Shown here: in pieces, positions 23,601-35,374 of the stretch
Layout: each line of letters opens with the position of its first letter
Position numbering within the stretch: position 1 is the first letter of the stretch
Assembly (NCBI GenBank): GCA_000320545.1
Contig: ADNK01002768.1
Span: 1 to 35,964, forward strand
Origin: Bigelowiella natans CCMP2755
Taxonomy: Eukaryota > Protista > Cercozoa
DNA length: 35,964 nucleotides
Direction of reading: 5' to 3'
Program-made: the position numbers and the translations under genes
The notes under the pieces: model-generated
Database searches by the model: none
What the model saw: only the letters and a program-made list of their open reading frames with translations
What the model was told of the DNA's origin: nothing

Positions 23601-24395
23601 AGCTTGATGATTCTAGTCACTATTTCCTGAGCAACCTAGGCAGAATAATTACAGATACATTGCCCAACCAACCGTCACATCTTTCACCAAGGCAAAGAAG
23701 CGCAGTTGAAGACGATGGATACGTACCAACACTAGCTGATGTTTTAAATTGTCGAAAAAGAACACCTCATCTTGTTCAGGGGAAATTTAGTGTTCGCACA
23801 GAGTCAGGATCTTCAAAGGATTTTCTTGTAGTTGATAGCGCAGGTCAAAGAGGCTCTAGAAGAAAATGGATCCCATTCTTTGATTCGTGTGATTGTGTCT
23901 TGTTGGTATTATCACTCGTGGGTTATAATAGATATCTCCGAGAACAACCTGACGTCCTAAGAATGCACGAGGCTATAAATCTATTCACGGATATTTTTTG
24001 CCAGTCAACCCTTGAGAACAAGCCTTTTATTATTTTCTTAAACAAATACGATCTTTTTGCGATGGATTTGTTGACTACACCTTTAAGCCGTTGCTTCCCA
24101 GACTATGCAAGGGAACCGGATACTGAACCTGGTAGTAAAGAGGATGTTGATAAGGCTATCGCATTTATCAAAAGAAAAATATTGCGAAAATCTATAAACC
24201 AGCTTGCTAGGTAATTCATTCCAATTGCTAACATGTTGTCTTCAATTCAATTACATGATTCTACTCAGGACAAGATCCAAACCCATATTTCATATCACAT
24301 GCGCTACTGACACTCGCCAAGTGGATAGAATCTTCGTATCAGTGCTACACATAGTTCTCAGGGAAAATATTCAAGCTGCAGGATTGTTGTATTGA
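17641..24395 (+). CDS. Extra-large G-alpha fusion protein (~1,700 aa): N-terminal extension, PH domain, C-terminal heterotrimeric G-alpha domain
   Basis: About 25 short (~53-94 nt) GT-AG introns can be chained in phase from ATG 17641 to TGA 24395. PH domain exons 20293-20851: EISGMLFKR...SRWTKKYATLTSEYFAYC...MVFNLIT...YQFKAIDTTTALKWVQTF. G-alpha motifs: G1 GPEQSGKST (23285-23311), switch I CRKRT, G3 DSAGQRGSRRKW (23834), G4 FLNKYD (NKYD at 24041), G5 TCATDT (24297), C-terminus ENIQAAGLLY. An AG just before the ATG allows for a further upstream exon. Confidence 0.85.
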
Positions 24396-24440
24396 CTCAA
24401 TCAATGACATCGTATGTTCAGTCTAACTCACATCAAGTTA

Positions 24441-25520
24441 CACTGCGTTGATTCACTTGAAGTCTGAGCATTGTGGCCGGTCTTCACGTCTGCTGTGTGT
24501 CGAACATGGTCGAGTTTTGGATGACATCATTCGAATTGTCAATCGGTGCTCGTTGTGACATTGCCTGCATGCATGATGAGAATGCTAACCAAGCCAGCAA
24601 GCCTCGTGTGTTGCGCTTCGTGTCGCACAGATTGAGCAACGAGGACGATTATGAGTACATAAGCGGGTATGAAGGTTGCTGCCCGACATGATTCATGAGA
24701 TTGATTTCATGATTGGCATCGTGTCCTTGAACGCTCAACGACATTTGAACCACATGCCAATCTAGAATGTGCACAATTAAAGTGACCTGCATCCATGTTG
24801 CCATCACGCTTTCCGAACATGGGCAGCAGGCTGTGTTCAAGCCAATTTTTGCACATGCACCACCATGCTAGCATGGGGGGGGCAACATTCATGACAATTG
24901 GACAACACCCACAACTAGACATGCAACTAGCTAGCCAGATGACATGAGATCGATCTGAGCAAATGATGGATATGTTTTTTTGTGAATTCTGTTCGGAGCT
25001 TTGCTAGTTTGCGAGCATGTTAGCATGCTGGCTAGCTGGTATGCAGCGCCCTAGCCATGTTGGACGGAAGTGATCAATCTAGCAATCAAATTGAATTTGT
25101 TCAATGGTCATCCTCATGCGTAGCTGTGCGCAATGCAGCGGCTAGAGCGCTAATGATATCAAATGTGCAATGTTGCTATTCCAGACAGCATGAACAACGC
25201 AATGCAATGTGTGCACAGTGTTCATGCACACATTTCTACGTGCTAGCATGCATCCAGACAGCTTTACCACACGTACACTCTAGACATTAGACTCAAAATG
25301 AAAACACTGCTGCTAGACTGTTGCAACGCTGCACTCCAATAGCCCAAGAGCTAGACTGCACTAGTTGCTTAGTAAATGAAAAAATACGCAGGTTGCGCTA
25401 GTTGTCATTGCCAGCATTTTGTGTCTCTCTGCCATTGCCAAATTGCACAGGACTCAATGATGTGCTTCAAAGTTTATGCCGCTCTCACTATCCACCATGC
25501 TAGCATGCACTAGTGTATGC
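24441..25520. other. Second TpA-depleted, CTAG-rich intergenic block
   Basis: No TA in 24441-24585. 24670-24970 has 6 TA, 5 of them in CTAG. It shares the 13-mer gctggctagctgg (25027-25039) with the first block (14348-14360). Confidence 0.7.
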
Positions 25521-25595
25521 GTGGTGACGTAAGCGGAGGCCGAAATTAATTTTTATTTACAGTTTCCAATGTAGCCCGCACAGGTCTCACATTAA

Positions 25596-27726
25596 CTATC
25601 TTTCTTGCTCTGTTTTCCTTTTTGAACAGCTTCCTGCTTCATTTTGATGGCTCCTACAGTGGAAAAAATAATGTCGATCGTAATTGTTGACGAACATTTT
25701 CCAAGCGCAACATCAGGGTCAAACTACCGTTTTTGAGCTCTTCGTGGAGAGATTTCTTCCAACCAAAGAAAGTGAGGGTCTCAAATAGCACGAACAAGGG
25801 GGCCATTAATAAAGCCTAGATGATTAAAAAATGAACGGATTCGAAAGAATATTTGTAAGAGAGCGAAAGGGCATGAAAATATTGATGAATTCATTCCTGT
25901 TGGCTCGCAACCTCACGCTACGTTCCCTCACTCCTCATCATCTCTCTCACCATCGTCCCCCCCCTGCTAGATTCTTTCATTCGCAATTTGCCGAAAGGCA
26001 GTATCTTTTTTAAAATTGCTTCATAAAACGATATACCTGCGAAAGATTCGTCAACAATGCCGGAGCCCTACCCTCGTGCACCCCTAAATATCATGAACCA
26101 AATCATGATATCAATAGATAATAATTTAATAGAAATGTTAAGGTGTTATGTGTGTGTTTGTGTGTGTGGGGGGGGGCGGGGGGGAGTAGACTAACGTTTG
26201 TTTGAGGAAGATACAGGGATTAAGGTTACGTCTCTCTATCATCAAAGGCTCACGGTACCGAAATCTTAATATCGATATGGTATCCGTCTTATGTCAGATT
26301 ATCGAGTCCGGGGAAAGCGTTCCACGAAATTATACAGTCAACTATTTGTTCTTTCATTTGCATACCATGTCCGTAGAATTGCACGAGCCATGAGACGACG
26401 TGCACCAATGCGTACGTGTTAATACTCACAGGAAAACTGACGTCCACACGGATCAACAACACGCCACAACACAAACAGTACCAACGCACGAATGAGTCGT
26501 CAAAATACAATTTACACGCTTGCGCAGTTGCACGTTATGAGAAGCGACCTGCCCTTCCAGACAGGAGAGAGGGGGTAAATCAGATTTTATGCAATAGGCT
26601 TCAAGGGGAGGAGCAGGGGCATACACATTACACCACACATAGAAGTAGATGGGACCTTTGCACGCAAACTAGAGCTGCAATCACCAGAAGTGACGCGCCG
26701 ATCCCGAAAGAAACCGACACCTTACATTAGTCACGAGGCTTTGTGAGTAATAGGAAGCATGGAGAAACTCAAGGTCAGGGCTAGACAAGATCGAATCGAA
26801 CGGCTAGCAATATCGAAGTTAATATGCCGGTAAGATGCCCGTCTTGGTACAAAAAGCATTGGCGCGACAGCTTTAATCTTTTAATATGTTTAGTTTATGA
26901 TGCTCGCCGTCACCTTAGATCCCATCACAAAGTAGTATCCTGGTTATTGGTTCCCAGACAACACACAAACAAAACGAGTATCAATTGTTCGTTCTGAACC
27001 AAAGAACCCTCGTTAATCTGAAATAACACAGCTGCGTGCATTTGCTAGTCGCTCGTTTCCAAGCCACACAAATTGACATCTCACCAGCATAAATTGCCCC
27101 AAATAGTAGCGAGTAATCAAGAAACGCCGGGAATCCGGGCATGATAGGTGACGTCGCTGCCAGCACTCCAAGTGCGGTGTAAAGCAGTGTGGGGACAAAA
27201 ATGACCTGGATCATCGAGAAACAAACGATATCAGATATTTACAAAAGTTGGTTGGACTGACGGTGGCGTTAGTCATTGTTCTTACGTGGATGAGCACATT
27301 CACTGGCTCCATGTGGTACGACATGTAAAATTTGACTTGCTCTAGGAGTGGAGGGGAGAAGAACGAGGGAGAGAGAATTTAGCACAGCGGATGATAACAT
27401 TAGCCACTTCTCAAGGTTCTACTCAGGCTCACGTTTAAAGTTGAAGAGCTCTCCACGTACAGCAGATTGAATCATACCAACGATTAACTGAAAAAGGAGC
27501 ACGAGCGTGTGAGCGCGGAGGGCGGTGCAAAATTCATACACTGTTTTATCGGCGTTCGAATGAAGGCGTGCAGCACACTTCCCGAGTTTAAAAACAAAGG
27601 CTCGAGCACAGACAACGAATCAAGCAAAGTCGGAAGTTCATTCATCCTCATAGCATCGACCAGCGGCATAAGAATAGCCATGTAGATTTTGAGGGCTTGC
27701 GGGACTTCCTCTTCAAAGCCAATCAT
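25596..27726 (-). CDS. Mpo1-like (DUF962) membrane protein, putative 2-hydroxy fatty acid dioxygenase
   Basis: Exons read MIGFEEEVPQALKIYMAILMPL|LIVGMIQSAVRGELFNFK|QQVKFYMSYHMEPVNVLIH|VIFVPTLL...|...HVVSWLVQFYGH|GVHEGRAPALLTNLSQ|ALLMAPLFVLFETLTFFGW...|GAIKMKQEAVQKRKTEQER*. The motifs YxxYHxxxVNxxIH, WxxQFxGH and HEGRxPAL are characteristic of Mpo1/DUF962. Confidence 0.9.
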
Positions 27727-28400
27727 CGTGGGGCGCGCTTCTTCCGGGAGATGACGAAATATCTTACGGAACTCTAAACATTCGACTACTTTCTAACAAA
27801 TCGCCTCTATCTCTAAAATATTTCCAACGATTATGGAACATTTTCTTTATTTCGCATATTGCAGTCCAAAACTTGCCTCCGAACGCCCAATCGAGGCGTC
27901 GATGCTTTCGACATCCATTACTCTCCTGAAAACTTCGTAATAATATTTTCTAAGCATTATCTCCGAGTACCCCACTTCCTGCTGGCTCTACCCCCCTCCG
28001 TTCACCGACTGGAGACTTCGAAAGGGTCAAAAATATTTAAAATCAGCAATTTTTGCATGTCTTCTTCATGAAATATAGTGATAAGATCCAAAAGAGCTAA
28101 TAATCACGGGGGATTTTTCAGGTTCTTCAACAACGGCGTTTTTATAGATTTTATCAATACATGCACAGCAGTTGGGCAGGTTTATCCTGCGTTTTCATAG
28201 ATACCTTCTCGGAAAAATATTTCAGAAATCCGACAGGTGAGTGGTGCGCAAGGATTCCCAGATACTAAATTGCATTGAAGTACTTGACGCAATGTCCTAA
28301 TCTTATTACATTCCTTTTAATCGACAATGAATTATTATTTTGATAATCAAAAAAGGCAACTCCCATCTTTTTTGTGATAACGTTAAAATCTGAAAGTGCC

Positions 28401-29826
28401 ATGAAGCTTCTTCTCGCCCTTACCCTCGGTGAGCCCGCCCGATCCCATTCCCCTGATCAATTTTGTTTGGAAATGTGTTAAAATTATACAAAAATGAAGA
28501 AAACACGGATTGGGGTGGGAATGTGAGTATTTTCTTCTTTCGCCGTCGTCCATAACGTTTTATATATTAACTTCCGTTAATTTATATTGCTCTTCACATC
28601 ATGGCTTGCTGTCTCAATCGCAATATTTCAAAGCTCTATTTTCTTCTTTTTTTAGGATGTGCTTCCGCTTTGGTCCGTGTACCTATGCAAAAGGTAATAG
28701 AAAACTATATTTTTTCGTTTCTAGTAGGGAATACCACAATTCTGGAATTTACTTCCTAAATCGTTTCTCTTTTCTGTAGTTCGAAAAGACCCTTCGTCAG
28801 GAGTTTCACGAATCTGGATACGCTGTAGCACGCTACGGCAAGGGTGATGATGTTCCTATCAATGACGTCATGGATGCCCAGTATTTTGGTGAAATTTCCA
28901 TCGGTACCCCCGCGCAAAAATTCCAAGTGGTTTTCGACACCGGCAGCTCCAACCTCTGGGTTCCTAGCAGCAAGAAAAAGAGCATTCTTCCTGATTCACA
29001 CTCCAAGTACGATTCCAGCAAAAGCTCTACCTACGTCGCAAACGGCACCAACTTTGCTATCCAGTACGGCTCCGGCTCTCTCTCTGGATTCCTCTCACAG
29101 GACACCGTAACTGTGGGAGATCTTACTGTTGAAAAGCAGGTGTTCGCTGAAGCTACCAACGAACCTGGAATCAGCTTCAAGGTTGCTAAGTTTGACGGCA
29201 TCTGTGGAATGGCCTTCCAGTCTATCTCAGTGGATGGGGTCACCCCTGTCTGGTATGGTCTTCTAGACCAATCCGACTCTAAGGTTTTCGCTTTCTACCT
29301 TGGTAGCACCAACAAGCAACAGCAGTCTGAGATGTTGATTGGTGGAATCGATGAGAAACACTACACTGGCGATATCACATACGTCCCTCTCACCTCCAAA
29401 ACCTACTGGCAGTTTAAGGTAGACTCGATGACCGTTGGCAGTGACGTGAATGAACAAAACTTCCAAGCAATTGCTGACACTGGTACTTCGCTCATGGCTG
29501 GCCCAAGCCCTGTCATGTCTGCTATCAACAAGGCTATTGGAGCAAAGAAGATGATCATTGGAAATGAGTATCAGGTCGACTGCAGCAAAATCGACTCTAT
29601 GCCTACTGTTAACATCCAGCTCAATGGAAAGAACTTTCCCCTTGCTCCTCAAGACTACGTACTCCAGGTATCGCAGGGAGGCCAAACACAGTGCCTGAGC
29701 GGATTCATGGGTCTCGACGCACTCACTTCAAGGGAACTCTACATTCTCGGAGACGTTTTCATTCGCAAGTACTACACAATCTTTGACGCTGAGAACTCTC
29801 AGGTCGGATTCGCTACTGCTGCATAA
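28401..29826 (+). CDS. Cathepsin D-like pepsin-family (A1) aspartic protease precursor, 370 aa
   Basis: Exons 28401-28428, 28656-28693 and 28780-29826 give signal peptide MKLLLALTLGCASA, propeptide LVRVPMQK, then DAQYFGEISIGTP. Both catalytic motifs are present (FDTGSSNLW, ADTGTSL), plus flap YGSG and ILGDVF. There is no saposin-like plant-specific insert. Confidence 0.97.
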
Positions 29827-29969
29827 GGCAAACGTATGACCAGTAAAAAGGCTGGGTAGATTATTGTATGTGGTCGACGTATTTTCCAAGTGGAATACAT
29901 CGGTAGATTTCATTGTCTCTATCTCCATATAAGATCACTGCACTTTATGTCCACAAGATTATATCATTA

Positions 29970-30810
29970 TGCTAGCATGGCCAAAGCTGAAAGTGCATCG
30001 AACACATATAGCGCCTACTTAGCTAGTATGGGCGCATGCGCGCATCTAGATCTAGACCTGCATAAATATAATAATCAACGTAGCCAGCTAGCCAGGCAGC
30101 TCTAGAGCTAGATTATAGACACGTAATGTCATATGTACATTATATGTATATGCTATTACTATGTCTATTATCTAGCTAGATCTAGAGATGGCTAGAAGAT
30201 TTGCCACTGCTAGACTGACGATACTAGCTAGTTCAGGGTTAGAGCTGTTTGATATCGCTAGATTAGATTTGTGACAGACTAGCTAGCTAGCAGATAGATC
30301 GATAGTTCGGAGATGTTTCAAGTCCTTTCTTTAAGTTTTCGATTCGCGCGCGCGCATGTGCACTAGTGCACGCTGCAACACGCGCTAGCTAGCTATAGCA
30401 CATTCACCATCTAGCCATCTCTGTGGATCTCTAGCTAGCTAGATCTAGCTAGCTAGATCTAGCTAGCTAGCCACAAGCCATTTATGTGCGGATCGCACAA
30501 CTTTCTAGCTGCTAGCGCTTTGTTCTATTGATTGCTAGGTTGCCCAGTGACGACGCCTAGCTAGGTAGCTCTAAAGCTACAGCTACAGCTTGTGCGCTGT
30601 GCACGTTCACTACATGCGATAGGAACAAAACGAGTCGTTCAGGTTTGCTGACTTTTGACTCGAAAGATTCGTGCGCATTCGACATGCCACAGTGAAATGC
30701 GCTACTAGCGCAAAATCAATGCATGGACATGTGCATGCATCTCTTGCTCGCGCTATTCGATTTGCTAGCGCAATCACATCTAGATGTGACGACAATCTAT
30801 CTAGCTAGGC
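29970..30810. repeat. CTAG/AGCT-rich palindromic low-complexity block
   Basis: Dense ctag/gctagc/tctaga arrays. Perfect 40-bp palindrome (CTAG)3-AT-(CTAG)3-AT-(CTAG)3 at 30431-30470 and a 14-bp palindrome gtgcactagtgcac at 30358-30371. Confidence 0.85.
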
Positions 30811-30923
30811 ACTAAAAATGCCACATCAATGCATTTTCACTGATGGAATTGGTTTCGTAGCATTCATGAAATGGTAGTGACCGATGCAAGCAGCCAAAAC
30901 GAATTGCGAGTGTGAGCATGCGT

Positions 30924-31215
30924 CTAATATGGATAAGGCCCGCCCCCCCCCTTCTGCATCGCCATCATTGCCTTCAGTTTTTCGTCTTCGTTTCCGTAAT
31001 TTAGCTTACGTTGGATTCCTGGAGTTCCCATGCGCTGGCGATTCGCTGTGTTTACTACTAAGTTTTTCACCCCAGACAGATCTCTTAACAGCTTTTGGAC
31101 GAATCTCATGTTCTCCGGAACCGATTCATGCTGTCGGAAATCCCCAGCTCCCTGTCGTATTGACACATACAAATATATATGTTTATATTTTATACTTATA
31201 TCTACATATGTTCAT

Positions 31216-31256
<41 letters not shown>

Positions 31257-32739
31257 TGTGAAGCATCAACATTGCTCACTCCGCATCATATATGCAAACT
31301 ATGCACGTGCAAAAATAGACGTAGCATCGACGAACGATGCCGTACATTGTCGTTGAGCAACTTGAACATCTTGCCAACAACTAAATCTTTGATCTCGTCT
31401 ATTATGCGGGGGTAATCTGCTTTGATGGCAGCAGGGTACGCGGCCTTAACCCTCTCTTCAACTTCAACTCTGATCTTCGCATTCATCTCGTCGTGAGGGA
31501 TATCCCAGCGCTTATATTTCTGCACAATTTCTCCCCTTATTTTTTGCTCGATCTTTCTCATAACGCGGGGATCTCCCGTTATCCGTTGCAAAATCTCCGT
31601 CCTAGCTTTGTGCGTGTACACTTGGACCTGCCCACGGAGCAAGAAAGAAAACCGACAAAAAAAATTGAGACGTCACGTTCTTATATAAACGCATACTGTA
31701 AATAATCATATATGCGTATTCTACATCAAACGCCAAAAACCATTGCCACCCGTCCACACACAGCATGCAATCGCCGCTCCTCTTCGCCACAAACAAAAAG
31801 AGAATCTTACGTGCCGCGTAAGGATGTAGAGCGCCATCTCAAGCACCATAACCTCGTCCTTCAACAGGGACTCATACCTGTCGCGTAAGAAAAACCCATC
31901 GGAATTGCCACCGACACGCACTGCTAGCTACATCGGAGGAAGAAGAAGAAGAAGACCGGTCACAGCAAATCTACTATCTATACACACTGACGAAAGCGTT
32001 ATCGTTTTGGGCACTACCATTCCTCGGAAACCTTCCACTTCCTCCTCCCCCCTTTGCCCTCGTGAGGCGCGAGATTTCCATCACTCGCTGCTCTCCGCCT
32101 CATCTTCTTATGCTCCTCCTTCGCCTTTTTGATGTGCTCGAAGCAGCCCCGAACGAGGGCCTCCTTGAGGGTGAGTATATGCACGGGCAAGGCGAAGAAC
32201 GACGAGAATGACGACGAAGGCCCCGAGGATTGGCGACTCAAAAACGACGATGACGCGCGGCCAACATCGGCGTTCGCGCTTTCTGAAAGCGCCATCAATT
32301 TTGCGCCAGCCCCATCAGCAGCGTTGATATTGGTGCCGTCGCTGCCCACCCCCTGTCCCACGCCGCCGTGCAACCCGGTTTCGCGGGAGAAACAAGGCCC
32401 GAAGAGGGGGATGGAGCCCCCGGGCTGCGGCGCAGCAAGCGTTGCGATGTGAGACAGTGAGTTCTTCAGAATCTGCTTCAAGACGCGCTCGGCATTTTGG
32501 TAGAACAGCTGTTTTGCGAAGGAGGGCATTGAGAAGAGGAGTGGAAGAAAGAAGGGGGGGGAGAGGAGGGGGGGCAGTCACAACGACAACGACGTGAAGG
32601 AACAAAAATAAAATCGGAAGGTGTGAGCTGGCGATTCGCCGGAAATAAGGGGTCGTTTTGGAAGGGGGGAACCAAAAGTGCATGTACCGGTGAGCTACAT
32701 ATGTATATTGCTCTATCGATCTATGTGTATGTGTGTGTC

Positions 32740-32783
<44 letters not shown>

Positions 32784-33806
32784 CGTGGTATTGAAGAGAA
32801 TGATCAATACCTCGTCTCCCCGTTTTTTCCCCCGATGTTTGCCTTCCTCGTTGGAAGGTGACGTATCTCCGCTATAACTCAAGAACCCCCCCGCCCCAGG
32901 ACTGGGCGTGTATAAAGCTCCTGGTGGTGAGCGACGGTTTGAGCTTCAATGCAACGTGCCTCCCCCCTCCCCCCTCCCCCCCCCTTCTTTCCCTTCCTCA
33001 CATAAACGCTTATGCTCGTACCAACACAACAGACCAGAGAGCATTGGCCAAAAATAAGAGGAAAAGTCGCAGTATTCACCTGGCGTCCGAGGGCCGGGGG
33101 TAAGTGCTTGCTGCTGGAGATGTCCTGGAGAGCGCAGCAGGAACGACGAAGAGTGCGGGGATGTTGTTGATGAGCTCCGCCGCATTGTAAGGGGCGAAGA
33201 CGTAGACGATGATGACGACGCCGAGCCCGACCTGGATATCATGTTGTTTATGATGTCACTGACCAGAACCCGCAAAACGAGGAAACAGAGAAAAGAAAGC
33301 ATGCGCTGATTATGAGGTTCCGATATTTTTGACTCCGACACTGATGCTCTCCGCACAAATCTCACGTCCGCAAGGGAAAACCACAGCTGTTACCGATAAT
33401 TTTCAATTTCCCAAGTAATCAAAAGAAATAGACACGGTGATAGACGAGTAACATGCTGATTTTGCTGGGCGAGAGGGGGGGGGGGGGGGGAAGGGGGATG
33501 GGAGGGAAAAAAATTACGATGTATTTTGCATCTGGAAACGCTTTCCGGCACTCCGTCGTTCGTCGCGCGAGATGGGCAAGACCGCCATCGATATGAATTT
33601 GTAGTTTGAATACAGAACGGCCGCGAGAAAAGACACCAATAGAGCCTGAGATTACGAAGGATGCATTTATGTCATGTGTGCGACTGAAGTTTTGGTTATA
33701 GTTGCAGTTGTGCGTGCGTGCGTGCGTGCGTGCGTGTATGTGTGTGTTTGCGTGTATGGGTGGGTAGGAGGGGGACGGGCGAGCGAGAACAATCGATCGA
33801 TCAACC

Positions 33807-33858
<52 letters not shown>

Positions 33859-34125
33859 GAGAGAGGGAGAGATGAGAGAGGGGGAAGATTGAAGGAAAAA
33901 GACAAAAACTATTTTTCCAACAGCAAATACAAATAACTACGAGCAAAGCCAAAACGATTTTTCGAAGACAATGCCAATTCTTCCTCTTCGTTTTCCCAGA
34001 GTGTTGTGGCGACTACAACCTGTGCGGACCGGAGGCTCCGTGCAATCGAAATGTCGGATATCGCCGAGAAAATACGCGCTCTCTCCATCTCGTAGGTAAT
34101 GAAAACAAGACCCGCCAAGGCACGC

Positions 34126-34170
<45 letters not shown>

Positions 34171-34436
34171 GTATGGTTAGACACCAGACACAACCTAACC
34201 CAGAACTAATACCCTTATTCATTTCCCCACACACATCATCATTCGTCGTCGTGGTCATCGTTAATGCACCAACTAATGCCACTCCCTCGTCGTCGAGGTC
34301 GCCGATACTCTACTATCTAATGTAGCTTCAATTCTACAATACGTACAGTAAACGTGTGGTGGCCGAGATCTCCTCCAAGTCACCTAGAGTAACTTTGACC
34401 CGACGCAACTTGGGATCGATTTTCTTTTTTCACACA

Positions 34437-34473
<37 letters not shown>

Positions 34474-35318
34474 GCACACGCGCGCAAGCAAAACCATATA
34501 TTAGAGTGTGATTTCACGCCGTGAAAGAACAAACGGCCAATTCAGAGGAAATGAAGCACTCCGAGAAAACCTGCGCGGTCTTTCTCATGCTCTCCGAAAC
34601 TTCTCGCAAGTCCAGCCTTCCGCCCACGAAACTTTGGATGAATTTTTCCCAGTTTCGCTCCCGAACGTGGATACTGTCGCCGCCGCGTTTGCTCGCCCAC
34701 GCGGTTCGCTGACTGAGCATGTCATCCGCCGCCATTCCTGCAAATCCGCGCTTGTTCTCCGAGTACATTGCCTTGTCACGGGGAGGCAGGACTGAAGCCT
34801 TCAACAAGCCTGTAATGGGTGGGCCGGTGAGCGGTTTCATTATCATAATTGCATTTTGCATTTTTCAACCAACACTAAATCAAACCCAATCCGAAAAGGA
34901 CCAAAGTAGGCGACAATATGGGACGGATGACCCCCCCCCCCCTCCCCTCCTCCTCCCGCCAATGCATCAACGATAATAGATGATGCGCTCTCCCCTGCCC
35001 CATCTTCTCACGGCTCCTATCAATTCTAATATAGTACCGGTGAGAAGACGACGGTGGAAATACACCACGAATACCGACACATCTCGGGTCATGATACGTG
35101 AAGTATCATGAGTAACCGTGTTTGACAAAGAACTATGATTCACAGACGCACAAAACACACACACGCACACACATACAACACGTAGAAAACCAAATCAGAA
35201 AAGGAAATGCTCGACTCAATAACGACTCAAAAAATAACAACAATAACATCAACGTTGAAAAATCCTCACCTCATCTTTCTCATAAGATTAACACACACCA
35301 CACACACAAACACACACA

Positions 35319-35374
<56 letters not shown>

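Noticed and set aside
13500-25520. The idea that the TpA-depleted blocks are terminal repeats of a mobile cassette carrying the 7TM and G-alpha genes
   Set aside because: By eye I found no TIRs, LTRs, target-site duplication or transposase; only a 13-mer is shared.
28833-29685. Antisense and alternative-frame ORFs over the aspartic protease
   Set aside because: Shadows of strong codon bias in the real gene.
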